A program made the position numbers and the translations under genes. The notes under the pieces were generated by a model. The model saw only the letters and a list, made by a program, of their open reading frames with translations, ran no database searches and was not told the DNA's origin. Source: Chrysomallon squamiferum (lineage: Eukaryota > Animalia > Mollusca). From it: a stretch of 64,000 nucleotides of DNA. Shown one piece after another: positions 14,265 through 28,164 of this stretch (position 1 is its first letter; every line of letters begins with the position of its first letter). The stretch lies in assembly GCA_012295275.1 (NCBI GenBank), contig CM022665.1, positions 14,632,001 to 14,696,000 on the forward strand, written 5' to 3'.

Positions 14265-15013
14265 TAAAATGATTTATTAGCAGATGCTCCAAATAAGTCA
14301 AAACATAGATTCCATTAAATCTTTTTCAGGATTTCACAAAAGCTGTTTGGATCTTCATCTGCCCAACATGTTCACACATTATCCAAAAGTAAAATCAGAG
14401 GAGGAAACTGCAAATGACTTCCGGCCTATTTTAACAAAATTACTTATAGCACGTGTATTTTTTCTCTTCACTTCCAATGATTATTTCAGACCCTGAGGTT
14501 CCATATGCTGCTTATGTGCATTGTCCAGACTTGCTTCAGATCTATTAGCTGATCTTTCTGGATGATGACAGATACACAGTAAAGTTAATTAAGCGAAGAA
14601 CATGTAACCAGGCCTATATTTAAAATAACAAACAGTTACAGCACATCTGGATAATGTTAGGCAATGCTGAGCTCAGATGATAAGAGATCCAAACACAAAG
14701 CCTTCAGTAACATAGCTGTTTAGATCCCAGCCTCAGGTCTTGAAGGCACCTGGATCAAATACAGGTATCGACTAGAACCCAGTAAATAACAGGGGTATTA
14801 ATAAAATACCTTCCAAACAGAACCTAATTGTAATAGAAAGAGAATTAAAAAAATAAATAAAAATAAAATCAATATTAATTTCTATTTCAATCAGTTATGT
14901 TAAAACCTAATTATCATTGATATCCTGTAACATACCAAAAACATTACAATTAATTATGTTGAGAGATACGTTCATATAACACACTATTTACTGTATTTAA
15001 CAAAGATATCATC

Positions 15014-15250
15014 ATTAATTACTTTGATGGTTAATTGACACAAATATATTATATCACATTATTGTGACATTTAACATTATAATATTCATATATAATAACA
15101 TACTACTATGTTATAATATAAACATATTATAATTAATTATGATGACAGTTAATTAACATAGATATATAATGCTCTTATGTTTTATGACACTTAACATAAA
15201 TGTATGCTAATTAATTACACTGACAGTTAATTAACGTAGATATATTATAT
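15014..15250. repeat. Three degenerate copies of an AATTAATTA-NN-TGACAG-TTAATTAAC unit
   Basis: Copies at ~15014, ~15131 and ~15209. TGACA(T/C)TTAACAT is also repeated at ~15065 and ~15185. Confidence 0.75.
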
Positions 15251-17806
15251 TAGCTGCATGGAAAGATTTAGTGTTGTGCACTGTAAACAATAGGTGTTGA
15301 TAAAATGAATAAATAACCTTCTACCTGGTTACTGATTAATCAAGGTGTCACTGAACAAATGAACCAGGTATTGAAGACATAATTAAATTTCTGTTATAAA
15401 AACATAACAGTGAGTGCATTTCAATTAATTTATGTTCTACCTGACCCTCACATCTGGTATTCCTTGCTATTGTTATCTTGCTTACCTTTCATTACAAAAT
15501 AAATAATCATTTTTTTAAATCTGTATTATTAACATTACCAGACTCACAATATTATGTTCAGCTATTCAGTACAATCATTACAGACAGATCAGAAATTTTG
15601 TTTTTTGAATTTATTTTTGCTTCTTATTTTTTATTATAATTATTTTCTTTGAAATATTTTGTAATAGTCAAAATCTGACAACTTTCTAACAGCAATACTA
15701 GACTATTTTATGTGCTTTTATCTAATTAAAGTTCAGGTATGTATTTGGGTCCAGCATATGGTATAGACAAACCTCAAGCTGGGGATAACAGGGTTTAACA
15801 AGGCAATTAAGATAATTAAGCAATTTTCTAAATACTATAAACCACATTTATTTCCTTTTAGTAAAGCTGCATCCTGGATAATGATCCTTATCTGTTCTAC
15901 ACTCTCTCACTCACTCTCACACATTCTCTCTCTATCTCTCTTTCTCTCTCTCTCAGAATTAAAATGAATTCGAATTTTCACTTAAATGCCACCCATTATA
16001 TTTCAACAGTTTGAAAGTTCTGATTTTCCTTAATACAAACCACAAAATGTTTTGCTTGCAAATTACTGCAAATGCTCTGTTAAGAAGGGTGATAATTGCT
16101 GCATTATTGCTGCTAAGCAAATAAGTAAACACCAGGGGCATCTGCCGGTGGGCTGCACAATAAACAAGTCTCAATTTAATTACCACTAGTCTCCCTGTCT
16201 TCACTAAAGTAATCCACTCAGTGGATCTGGCTGCAGCTCAGGTAAAGTTCTAATATGAAGAGCTACTGGATCAAACCTCCTCTGTGAACTACCACCCAAT
16301 CCAGACTTTATTCAAACACTGATCTGTGAAGAAGCTTAGTATGTGTTTTTGTTTCTTGAGTAGGAAAATGTGAATAATACCTTGAGATAACTGTTAACTT
16401 GGTTACAGTATTAAGACTGACAGCTAAAAACTAATTTCAAACATGATGAAATATCTATGGTATTATGATTTTTTGTCAATTTCCACTTTTTTTTTTAACA
16501 GCCATAAAATCCATACCACAGTCATGACAATGAAATTATTAATCATAACACAAATTATCAAAAACAACGGTTATTAATTACATATTTGAAATTTAACGTC
16601 AAACTAAATGATTAATGTATGTGAATTTGATAGGACCTCTTTCAAAACTTTCAAAAGTTGTTTCTGTATCTTAAGACCCTGTTATCATCACAGACCATCC
16701 CCTTGTTTTTGTCAGTTAACAGTTGAGAGGTGTGAGATGTCAAAACACTTGAGTATCCACCTCAGTCTCTACCTCATTACCTGGATTACCATCAAACATC
16801 TGATAATCTGGACTCAGGGGCTGGGATGGGTCAGCTGAGTACGGACTCCAGATGAACCTATCTTTTCTCAGACTGAAGAGATCAGAAGTTGACAGGTTTT
16901 TGCTTTTGCAGTTAGGAAGAAATAATCTGGACAAAATCTAGCTTTCTGCACATTTGCAGAGGCATGTGAGTTATCTGTGATGCACTGCACCTTCTGGGGG
17001 CAAAATATTATCTAGACAAACCGAAAAATGTTTGTTAGTGTAGATAGTTGTAATGTATAGAATCAACTGTCTTTTTAGATATATTCTTCTGACACTCCAT
17101 ATTACAGACAGTATCATCAGCTAACCAGATTGTTTTCAACTTTTTACTTTCTGTTACTGCAGTAGTAAAGATAGATACACTGCCAAAATCAAATATATCA
17201 GTTATATATAAACAAACAAATTAAATATTTAAGTATTTTGAAAAACAATTTAAAGACAAAAGAAGAACATATCACTCATGATAAACCTGAATAATTATAA
17301 TAAATAAATACATTTCTTTCATTCTTTAACTTTTTTTTTTTTTTTTTTTTAAATTTACTATTTTTTTAATTTTCTTTTTTTCTTTTTTTTTAAATTGAAT
17401 AGAAATGAAGAATATATCTCTCATGATCTCATACACATTTCTCCTCTTTTAAAAAGTACTTAACTAAATCAAACAGAACAAGTGGGATCCCCAGAGCTGA
17501 TCTGTCATATTTATCAGCTGAAGAGGACCACAGGACAGTTAATGTCAAAACACATTAGCACAAGACAAAATATGTGAAGAGGTCTCAAGCCACAGATTGA
17601 TGACAAATATTATTACTAGGCAACTAGGTTCTACCTGAGAAAAGACAAATATACTATAGAGTATACCTAAAAAAAATCAATGTTTTTGAAAACAGTTGTT
17701 AACATTAAAGAAAGTGTCAGGAGAAAAAAATGGATTGCAAGATATTGTATCTGAAAGAGAAAGCAATGCTTTACTGATAAAAAATTATTATTATTTTTTT
17801 TAAGAA

Positions 17807-17810
<4 letters not shown>

Positions 17811-17865
<55 letters not shown>
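17811..17865. repeat. (TG)n microsatellite
   Basis: Perfect dinucleotide run. Confidence 0.97.
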
Positions 17866-17867
<2 letters not shown>

Positions 17868-19210
17868 GTGAGTGAGTGAAAGACAGACAGGGGAAAAAAT
17901 ACATAAAAAGAAAGAAAGGCAAAACTAAAAAGCAAGAGAGAAAGAAATCAAGAAAGAATGATAGAGAAAGGGAAAAAGATAGAGAAAAGGGAAAAAAAAT
18001 CCTATTACAATAATAATAATCTCTCATCTCGAACCAAACTCAGCATAACTGAGATTTTCTAGATATTCATACAAGAAGACATTTGTAGTTAATTTATCAC
18101 TTGGTGTGTTCATGAGACAGGTATTCCTCTGACAGTGTTTGATATGCTGGGAGATGTCTGGCTCTTGTTAGTCACATCAATAATATTGGGCTCTTTGATT
18201 CCCTGGCCTGCCTTTACTGAAGATTTCCACCACACTAGCTGACATGATGCTGCATTTCAGGTATTCCAGGTATTCAAGATGAACCAAATACATAAAGCTG
18301 TCTCCCAGGTGATCAAATGTTAACAAAAAAGAAAAGTTTTTTCTCTGGTCGAATACCCCTCTGGGATCTACCAGTATTAACAGTAAGTGTTTTATAGTTC
18401 ATCTGTATGTGAGCTCTTTCATATCTAACAAACAAGTTGTATTCTACTCACAGAATTGTTATTAAAATAAAATAAAATAACAATGACAATAAAAATCAAT
18501 CCTCCAATACTTAAAACTGTCATTATGATAAATTTCCTTTATCTTTTCATTATTACACAGGAAAAACATGATCAGAACCTTATAACATAAATTTTAACAA
18601 TTAATTCTTCAATTTCAAACAATATGCTGAGATGACATAAAATAAACTTTTACACTTTCATGTATAACAAAATCTGTACAAAACTAAATTCTAATTTATT
18701 ATTTTCTAACAACCTTGGAGATTTGTGCAAGCAGCCACCACTGACAACACAGCCCAAGATGGTAAAAAAAAAAAATTGCATTGAGTGAAAGGCGATGCCT
18801 ATCTATAATAACAACTGTGCAGCAAGGGAAATGAGTAATTAACTTGAAGTTCAAACATCAGCCAGTTCTTATCAACACTGACAAATTAAATCTATAGCTG
18901 TTATCAAGATGAGTGTAATGTTTATTGGCCAGGTATTTACAGGTGGGCTCGGGTGAGGTGACGTGTTGTGCTGCTGTTGCTCATGTTGTTTACACACATA
19001 CCAGATTCTCCAATACCACGTTACTCTTATCTGGACCTGAAATTCACTGTGGTGTTTCATCAGTGTGTTAATATGGAGGTTGTTAATAGTTCTACTATAG
19101 AAACTGAAATATATATTTTATTTAAAAGGTTGTGGTTTGAAAGTACATTGAAGTGTGTCTGTGTGCATGTGCATGCATGTGCATCTGTGTGTGTGTGCAT
19201 GCATGTGTGC

Positions 19211-19241
<31 letters not shown>

Positions 19242-20699
19242 TCTTTCTGTGTGTGCATGTGTGTGTGCAAGCGTGTGAGAGAGAAAGTGTGGTGTTTGTG
19301 CAAAGCAGCAAGTGACAGAAACTAAAAAGAGAAAGAAAGCTTCCTGAAGGATTCAGAGCATGTAAATAACTATTATGAAGAAGAAAAAAAAGAAAGAAAA
19401 AAGCATTAAAACATATATCTAGATTTATAAAACCAAACAAGTTTAAAGAGATATTATACTATTTCTTCAACGACCTTTCATTCATATGCTTCTGATTTAC
19501 AGTGCTTACTAACTCGCTCTCTGTCTAGCAATTTCTTCTTTTTCTTTTTGTTGGGTTGTTTTATTCCTATAATTTAAAACATTTTTTTCTTTATTTGCTG
19601 ACATCCTTTCCCTTTCAGAACAGAAACTTTCCACATTACCCAACACACTGACAGACTAACAACACAAACTACATAGCATCACAATGACAAAAATCATTTC
19701 ACACATCATCTCTTATCAACAAACACAAATCTACGCCTTTCCCAATCAAAACATCTTCTTCACAATTCTCCACCAGAATAACCTTCATCTCCACCTCTGA
19801 ACCCAACCTCATCATTTCCCTGTGCTAATTCTTTCACTCCATTAACAAACCCATCAATCTCTCTCTCCCCATCAACAAACAAAACAAAAAAACCCAATCC
19901 TCTTAACAAATCATAGTCCAATTTAGACTCTGAAAACACATTATGCAATAGCCTTTTGGCACCTCTCTACATCATCAATATTTCAAGTACCATGGGCTGC
20001 AAGAAGCTTTTTTTTTCTAAAGCAGTTGTTGTTGAAAATTTAAGAAATGAAGCAAAACATGTTTGCTAAAACATCTCTTCAAATTACAGCTTAAATCTTA
20101 AGTTCTATCATTCTTTGAATCTTTTTTTAAATCTTGGGGTTTTGTTTCTTGTTTGGTTTTTTTTGCCCCTCTTTCCTTTCTAGTTTTTCTTTTACCCGTA
20201 ATAGTGCCTTAAAGCTTGCAAACACAGCACAGATTAGAGAACAATGGTCCACTGACAGGCCTGAAATGTCTGTGATTAATGGTTGGCCCCTGAGTCCAAT
20301 TATGAAATTCATGTTAGATGATGTAACTACTGTTGTATGATGTTACCATATGACCTCTTTGTATTCCTACTTTTTTCGTTTTTCCTTCTTTTTTTTAAAA
20401 TTTTTATTTTTTCTATTATTTATTATTAAATAAATAAATAAATAAATAAATAACCAAGACTATACATAGATACAAAATAACTATTTAGTTCATTTACAAT
20501 ACAAAATCCTGTATCATAATTTTTTCTTTTATTTATTTATCCATTCATTTAGTTATGATTTATTTATTTATTTATTGATTTATATTAACATTTGGCAATT
20601 TAATGGCAAATATTCATAAATAATTACCATGAAAACATAATTATCATATTTTTCACAGATATTTAAAACATAAAATGTATTTCAGAAATCCTGGATTTA

Positions 20700-20840
20700 A
20701 AACATGAAAGCACCTAGCACAACCTTTATTTAGTCAAAGAGAACTGGCCAGAATGGAAATTATTTGAATGGATACACCAAAGAGGACTGTTCCTGATACC
20801 CATAATATGTCAAATGTACTTTAACACAGAGGAACAGCCT
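20700..20840 (-). mobile_element. Decayed SINE copy (core to tRNA-like head)
   Basis: AACATGAAAGCACCTAGCACAACCTTT...GAACTGGCCAGAATGGAAATTA is collinear with the copy at 26208-26275. Confidence 0.6.
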
Positions 20841-21640
20841 GATTTTTGTAAAAGGGTAACATTTTCAAAACAAAATGCAAAGTGGCAGTCTTGCTTCAGT
20901 AATCAACAAAAAAAAAAAAAAAAGCTGAAAAAAGAAAGCTGAAACATTTTTTTCATTCCACTAACAAAAACCAAGACAATCAACAGAACATTTCTTGACA
21001 GTAATTTTTTTTTTTTTTTTTGACAAAACCTAAAGAAAAAATAATTCCATACATCCTGCATAATTTGAACTTTCCTTTTTTTTCTCAATGGCAGGAAGTT
21101 GCAAGAGAAATGAAAGGAAAAAAATCTGGATTATTCAACTTCATTATTTCGTACACAGCAACCGATCACAATTCCTGTCACTCAAACATTCTTTACAGCA
21201 GCCGCAAAGGTCAGCCATCTTGAAATTGAGACAGAGCAGAAAAGGGAATAAAAAAGACCACTGGGAGAAAACCTGATTGAATGGTTTATTTCAAAAGTCT
21301 TATCAACTCCACTGGATTCTTCTAAAGATAATTATAAAACATTCTAATCCAATTAATTAACTGCAAGGAGACTGATATTTCTACTGATATCCTGTAGAAA
21401 GTTGATTGTATTCTGTCTTTTCAAAATGTACAGTAACAAGCAACAATGGGTGACAAATTACAAATTCAGGAGCATCTTTCCTGTTGGCAGGGAAAATTTC
21501 TGTGAAACTGGACACCAATGATATCATGTGTTTCAAAGGTTTCGTTAATTCCTTAATGACAATGACAGTAGTGAGACAATGAAAAGACAGGGATAAAGAC
21601 AGATGTTTGAGGTCATCATAGTAACAATGATATAATGTCA

Positions 21641-21960
21641 GTTTAAGATTAAATCTTTCAAAGCTGTCTACACTTTTAAGTCAGTACAATGATTGCATCA
21701 CCATGAAGGCATAGTATGAGTGATCCATATTGGGCAGTTAGATTGAAGGATTGATTGATCAACTGACTGGTCCATCAATCAATCAACAAGGAAACAAAAA
21801 TAATTTTAAAATGACTTATTATCTTCATGAAGACATATTTTTTTTGGGGGGGTGATCTGTAATGGACCACTGACCAGTTAGTAAATCAAGGAACAATGAT
21901 GCAAGGATGTTCAGATTTAAATTTCTGTCAAAGATGTCTACACTTAAAGTAGATTGTGCA
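21641..21960. repeat. Degenerate duplication with ~270-bp spacing
   Basis: TCAAAGCTGTCTACACTT at 21658 and TCAAAGATGTCTACACTT at 21928, with similar upstream flanks. Confidence 0.6.
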
Positions 21961-22406
21961 TGTTTTGCATGTTTCTATCACAGACGTGTTATAATGGGCA
22001 TGATCTCTGACAGTGCAACAGAGTTCTACAGATATTTCTTTATATACAGACATTACTGAACAATCAATCAATCTGAGAGTTTGTTATAGAAAAATTAAAA
22101 TCAGCCAAAAGCTAAAAGTATAAACACAAAAAGCATGTTTTTGAGAAAATAAAATGTTACAAATCTGCATTTGAATAAAATATACTGTACCATGTACTAA
22201 AATAAATTAAAATAAATAAACAAATAAAAGACAATGATTTTTTATTTTTTATAATTTTAAAGAATAAAACTGAAGTACAAAACTTAATGTCATAATTTTT
22301 ATTCTTTACTTTTTTTTTCTTTTTTTCCCACTAACATTTATAAAACACAGAACATTCACCAAAGAGACATTTGGCATGGGATCTAAAGAGGTCTTTAAGA
22401 TGAGAG

Positions 22407-22412
<6 letters not shown>

Positions 22413-22453
<41 letters not shown>
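22413..22453. repeat. poly(A) tract
   Basis: About 40 consecutive A. Confidence 0.95.
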
Positions 22454-22458
<5 letters not shown>

Positions 22459-23035
22459 AATAAGAAAAAAAAAATGTTTTTACTTAAACAGACCAATACT
22501 ATCACTGTCAGACTGCAGTGCTTACACATGATTGCTTTTGATAAAACAAAAATGTTTTCTCTTAGGCCATTATTAAATAAATCCTAGATTTTCATACCCT
22601 ATACATCCCAAGAATGGGGATCTCCCCTTGTCATTTTCAGTGAAAGAAAAATAATAATAATAAAAATGAATTAATTAATTTAAACATATATGACAATAAA
22701 TAATATTTCTAATGTGCGTATTTATTATATACATAGACACACACACACTGTTTAGAAAAACAAAATATGAAAAAAGCTGAAAATCTATAAATTCATTTGC
22801 AATGGCCGTAGGAAAAAGAAAGAAAGAAAAAAGAAGAACATTTGTATTGGTATCTCTTGCTGTACAAAGATCTCATTTACCAGCAGAGTAAACCATCTCT
22901 GTTCTGTTGTTTTATCTCAAGTGTTTTCTGTGTTTTTTAATCCTGTCTATTGTTTGGGTTTCTCACAGATGTGTATGACTTTTATTTTCTGCTGGAAAGT
23001 GTGAATCTCTAAGACTGTGTAAAAATCTTACTAAC

Positions 23036-23082
23036 CTGAACAAGTACAAGTAGGCTGCTGAAGTAACACTGAACAGAAGAAC
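23036..23082 (-). CDS. Candidate 47-nt internal exon, unknown gene
   Basis: Minus strand: ttctttttctttttgtttttaaacag|GTTCTTCTG...CTTGTTCAG|gttagt. Strong acceptor, good donor. All three frames are open. Confidence 0.25.
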
Positions 23083-26039
23083 CTGTTTAAAAACAAAAAG
23101 AAAAAGAATTAGCTGATAATAATTAGTTTGTATAATTCATTCAAAGGTACATATGTATGTATATCTGTGTGTGTATGTGTTAGAGTATGTGTCTCAGTGT
23201 ATGTACACAATACTTTCAGATGAGAAAATCAGATCAGCAAGCAAAAGCATCACACAAAAATGTAAGTAACAACAGTTAATATATACATCTATTATTTCCT
23301 AAATTTCAGTTACAGTGTAATTAAAATATCATTTTAAAAAGCTAAAGGATTAACTGTGGTATTTTTCTTATTTCAGTAATTGTTTACTATTTATTTTCCA
23401 AGAGTAGTATCCCTTTGACAAGTCATTCTAGATCTTCAAAAACAATTTTTTTCTGTTATTTCTACTTACAAAATTTCTGTCAGGTGTATGAAGATGAACA
23501 AATGAATGTGAAAGTGCCGGCATTTGTTAATGTTTCTTTGCGTGGTTTTTATTTTAAATCATTTTTAATAGTCCCTATAATGTTACTTATTTATGAACTT
23601 ATGTTTGCTTTCTTTCTCTCTTGCTACACACACACACACACACACATACGAATCATTACAGAAGATGTATGACTGACATCTCTTAACTGTTAATACAAAA
23701 ATGCAATGTCATCAGTAGTCTGTTAATGTTGCATGTATTACTAATTCTTTCTTCTCTAAGTCTCATTCTCTTTCTCTGTCATTCTGTCTCTCCTCTTCTT
23801 CTCTTTCCATCTGTTTATCTAAACATATACCAAAACTGCACATTGTTGTGTGTTAGTTTTGTTTTTGTTTGTTTTTTCAACATCCCATTTTCCGCACGAC
23901 TAATTAACAGTGATATTTTTCCACTGTTATGAAACATCTGCAGGTATTATTAGATGTAATCTGCTGGATCATTCATTTACCCATATATCACTTTCCACAA
24001 TGTCACATCATGCAGTGATATCTGTATAATAACAGTGTGTTTTCATTTTTTTTAAGAACAGGCCTGTGTAACATACACTTGTGATGTCACACTCTGTAAC
24101 ATATGGAGATAACGGTTTCACACCCAGCTAGTGAAAAATACAGTTTACAACATGTCACAGACCACTGTGTACTGAATTGGTTATATGTACTGATGATCTA
24201 CAGAAACAAATAATAACAAAATATTTACTGTATAATTTTATTTATTTATTTATTTTTGTATGTTACAAACAGTTTAATATATATATATTCTTTTAAAATA
24301 CAAACTACATTAATCAAGGAAGTCATTATAAAGCTGGGATAACAAGCAGTAGTTGTGGACTTCTTACATATGTGTAATGTATTTCTTTATATACTGTTTT
24401 TATTTTTTGTACTACTGCTTCTTCTTCTACTATCACCACTACCACCAACACTATTATTATTATTACTTCTGTAACAACTACTAATATTGCTACCACCACT
24501 TAACAACTGACATACCACTACTATTGCTGTATAAACAACTACTAACACAGCAAAACAATAATGCCATTACATTCTGATGTATTCAGAGACTTTTTTCCCA
24601 CAAAATTCAATAAATACGATTAACCATATCTTTTCAATCACCTCGCCTACCAGTTCTACCCATGATGATTCCTAAAGACATAACTATCAGCTCAATTGTT
24701 TTCATTTGTTATTTTAAGACTCTTTTTTTCAAAACACTGCTGAATGCATAATACCTGCAACTATGACTTCAGTAAAATGCCTGGTCCCTGTTTTATTTAA
24801 TACTCCATAAAGCTGCTTTATAGCCCCATGAAACTGTCCCAAACAAACAAACTGCCACGAGGAAAGAATATTTCACAAATTAACCTTTCTATTTTTATGA
24901 TGGACAATTGCTATTGTGGAGTTTGAAAAACACCATAGTGCCCTGCGTAATGATGATGAGTTTGGAAATCATCACATAAAGACATGAAGAGAAAAATTAA
25001 TTTGTGTTTTAATCTCATCTAAATGTGAACCAAAAGAGCTAGAGTTTCCTGAGGAGGGCAGAGGAGATTTCAAATTGAAAAATAAAATGTGACAAAAATA
25101 TTAAAAAGAAAAGAAATGAATTGTGAAATAAATATGTTATATTTAAGTCATTCGTATTCTTAAATTATTCATTTATGCTTTTATTTGACACATTTTAAAT
25201 TTATTTAAATGATCAGAATTTACCCTTTAAGATAATGTTTTCTTAATAACCACCGAGTATTGTTTGCCATGAACCACTGGAAACAAACAGGAATATTGTG
25301 AAATATGGGAGGAGCCTAAATCAGCCAATTATTGACAGGTGGTGTGGTTTATTATAGCAATCGGCCACACCTCCAGAACATAAATACATGAATGCTTCAA
25401 GCCAAGAGCTATAGTTGACAATTTGACCGAAAATACACATTTTTATTCATTTCTAATAAAACCAAAAGATCAGGGTATGTTTTAAGAGACATTTTGATTA
25501 TCTAGAATAAAATATTCTGTTTCACAAAGCATTAAGTTATATTTTCTAAACTGAAAAAGGAAATATTGGTACCAGCAGAAAAACTGAAATAAAGAAGAAA
25601 ACATTTTCTTTTCTTTTTAAATGTAATACATTATAGAGATTTTGTTATTTCTTCCTTGCTGCAGTTACAATGAAATTAATATACTAATAACATGCCAACA
25701 GACATCTTGAACCCAGCAAAATATATCAGTGTCTATTCTTCCCTTATTAAAATATAGCAAAAAATCTTTCTAACCCTGTGTCAGTATAAAACATTAATGA
25801 AAAGTTTAAATCTGACAGGAGGCCATTGCTGATAAATTCTGACACTGTGTATTAATTAAAAATTAATCTTATCAACAGAATGTTAATTGCGAGCTTGTGG
25901 ATGCTTTCTCAAAATAGATATAGAAAACAAACAAACAAACAAAAAAAACCACCCAGGAATGTTACATGTTCAGGTTATGAGTTTTACAAATTTTGTTAAA
26001 GGCTGGTTGAGTGATTATGTATTTCTTATCTTTAGACAG

Positions 26040-26290
26040 GAATAAATAAATATTTATTTCCTCAGTCTTCAATTTATTTAAATATTAACAGTATCTAACT
26101 GCCCCCTATCAAACATAAGTTTTTGTAGAAGAAATGAAACCTGATGTCTATATTCTGTGGGCTTGCTTTAAAATTAACAGCATGCGATCTTTTGTATATG
26201 TTTTATTTTAGACATGAAAGCACATACCACATACTTTTGAAATCATGGAACACTGGCTAGAATCTGAAATAGCCAGTGAGAGCATAATCT
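26040..26290 (-). mobile_element. Decayed SINE copy (best-preserved core on the minus strand)
   Basis: ATTAACAGCATGCGATCTTTTGTATATG...TAGACATGAAAGCACATACCAC...CACTGGCTAGAATCTGAAATAGCC is the reverse-complement match of 62905-62992. Confidence 0.7.
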
Positions 26291-26379
26291 CCAATTAGAA
26301 AAGATCACAGAGAGAGTGAAAAAGAGGGTATGTGAGAAACTGGGAAAGATAGTAAGAATGAAAAAGTTTAAATAATGTC

Positions 26380-26382
<3 letters not shown>

Positions 26383-26459
<77 letters not shown>
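26383..26459. repeat. (AG)n microsatellite
   Basis: Perfect run. Confidence 0.97.
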
Positions 26460-26462
<3 letters not shown>

Positions 26463-28071
26463 ATATGTGTATTTGTGTCAGTGAAAGAAAGGCAACACTA
26501 ATAATTAATTAATTAATAAAAATATATAGATAACATATATATAATGTATAAACAGTTTCACTGAATTTTTATGTATTTATTTGTATTTAGCCAAACTTTT
26601 AGAAATAATACTGTTACTACTACTACTACCACTACTACTACTACTAATAATAATAACATTAACAAAAACAACAACAACAACAATAAAATGTAAAGAATTA
26701 ATAAAAATACACAAAGGATAAAATATGTTAATATTTCCAACTCTAAACAAATAAGTAATATATAAAAATACATAAAAATTAAAACACAGAGTAATTTAAA
26801 TACACCAGACTGGTATAAGTAAATAACTAAATAAATCCATTGATCCACTTAATAACAAAAGTAAAACTGAGATGATTATTACAAACAGAATGAACATAAC
26901 AGCCTATCATTTTAGATAGTGCTTTTCTTCGGACAGATCTAAACAAATGCTCAACATTCAAAAGCCTATAGTTATTGTTTGACACTCAAACTTACTTCAG
27001 ACTTGGGAATAAAGCCAGACATTTTGAGAATGCAGTCTTAATGTGCACTTACTAGAAACAGATATATTTTCAAAGAGAAAGAAGTAAACTGGCTTTTTAT
27101 AATCTATTAGTAATTAATGTGAAGGTGACTGAGCTCTGCTTAGATTATCAATAACTTTCAAAGCCAATGTTTATTATCTAGTATGATTCAGAATAAATAT
27201 AAGAATTTATGAATAAGTAAGTGAGAGAAAGGAAATAAAAGAGGAAGTGAAAGTGGGAGAAAGAATGAAAAAATAAATGCAAAGAGAAAGTGAAAAATAA
27301 AACTCCAGAAAGTCAGAGTGTTTATTATTTTGTGTGTATGACAGAGGTAGTCTGCTATAGAAAATTAGAAAGAGAAAGTGTATATGTGTATGTGCACACT
27401 GTGTGAGAGAGGTCATGCATGTGTGTGTGTGTGTGAATGAAATTTAAAAAAAAATATATGAAATGCTTGGGTATCTGAACATCTGGAAGAATGGATAGAA
27501 TGAATTTAATGAAAGTTATATAAACCTTCAACACTGCCTGTTATAACCTTTACACAGTCTTACAGCAGCACCTATTTCTAATGGTCCGCAATCCAAGAAA
27601 TCAGAATTAAGTCATATGGGGTCAATGTTAGAACAACACTGCAGTAAATTATCACCAACGGAGAGGTCAATAATGGAATGACAGATGGACAGTGGATGAA
27701 ATTGATCCTAAGTGCTCACTGATCAGCTGGCCACTTAATAATGCTAATTTCCAGTAGTGCCAATAGCTGTGACAGGTAGCCAGCATCAATCTTCAATAAT
27801 TACTGCAGAGTTCCGATATCAGCAACTGCTCCAAGCCAGTTCACATGCTGTGGAAATAATGACATGACTTGATACAATATACTGTTAATATTGCAGAAAC
27901 ATGTAAGTCCTGCTGTGAGGAAATAAGATATAATTACTGCTGTTATTGTTGTTGCCGCTGTTGTTATAGCAAACAGTGTTAACTGGCTGATGCAGTGTTG
28001 AGATAGGTGAATGTGTAATGAATGGTCAGGCTATCAGTGTTAAGATTCTGGACTCAGTGATAAAAAGATAC

Positions 28072-28089
28072 GTGTGTCTGTGTGTGTGT

Positions 28090-28163
<74 letters not shown>
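28072..28163. repeat. (TG)n(AG)n compound microsatellite
   Basis: Direct inspection. Confidence 0.95.

Positions 28164-28164
<1 letters not shown>

Noticed and set aside
15782-15794. GGGATAACAGGGT resembling the I-SceI recognition site
   Set aside because: Only a partial match to the 18-bp site with no vector context; chance.
16213-16227. Short palindromes such as ATCCACT-C-AGTGGAT (also TATCTACA-N5-TGTAGATA near 3157)
   Set aside because: Stems of 7-8 bp are expected by chance in 64 kb.
21988-22001. GTTATAATGGGCAT resembling the 3' part of miR-2001
   Set aside because: The seed region does not match and there is no precursor hairpin. Similar partial matches to miR-87 (~8316) and miR-184 (~33168) were rejected for the same reason.
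24410-24560. Thr-rich or mucin-like coding repeat
   Set aside because: A decayed (ACT/ACC)n trinucleotide tract with no splice signals or sustained ORF.
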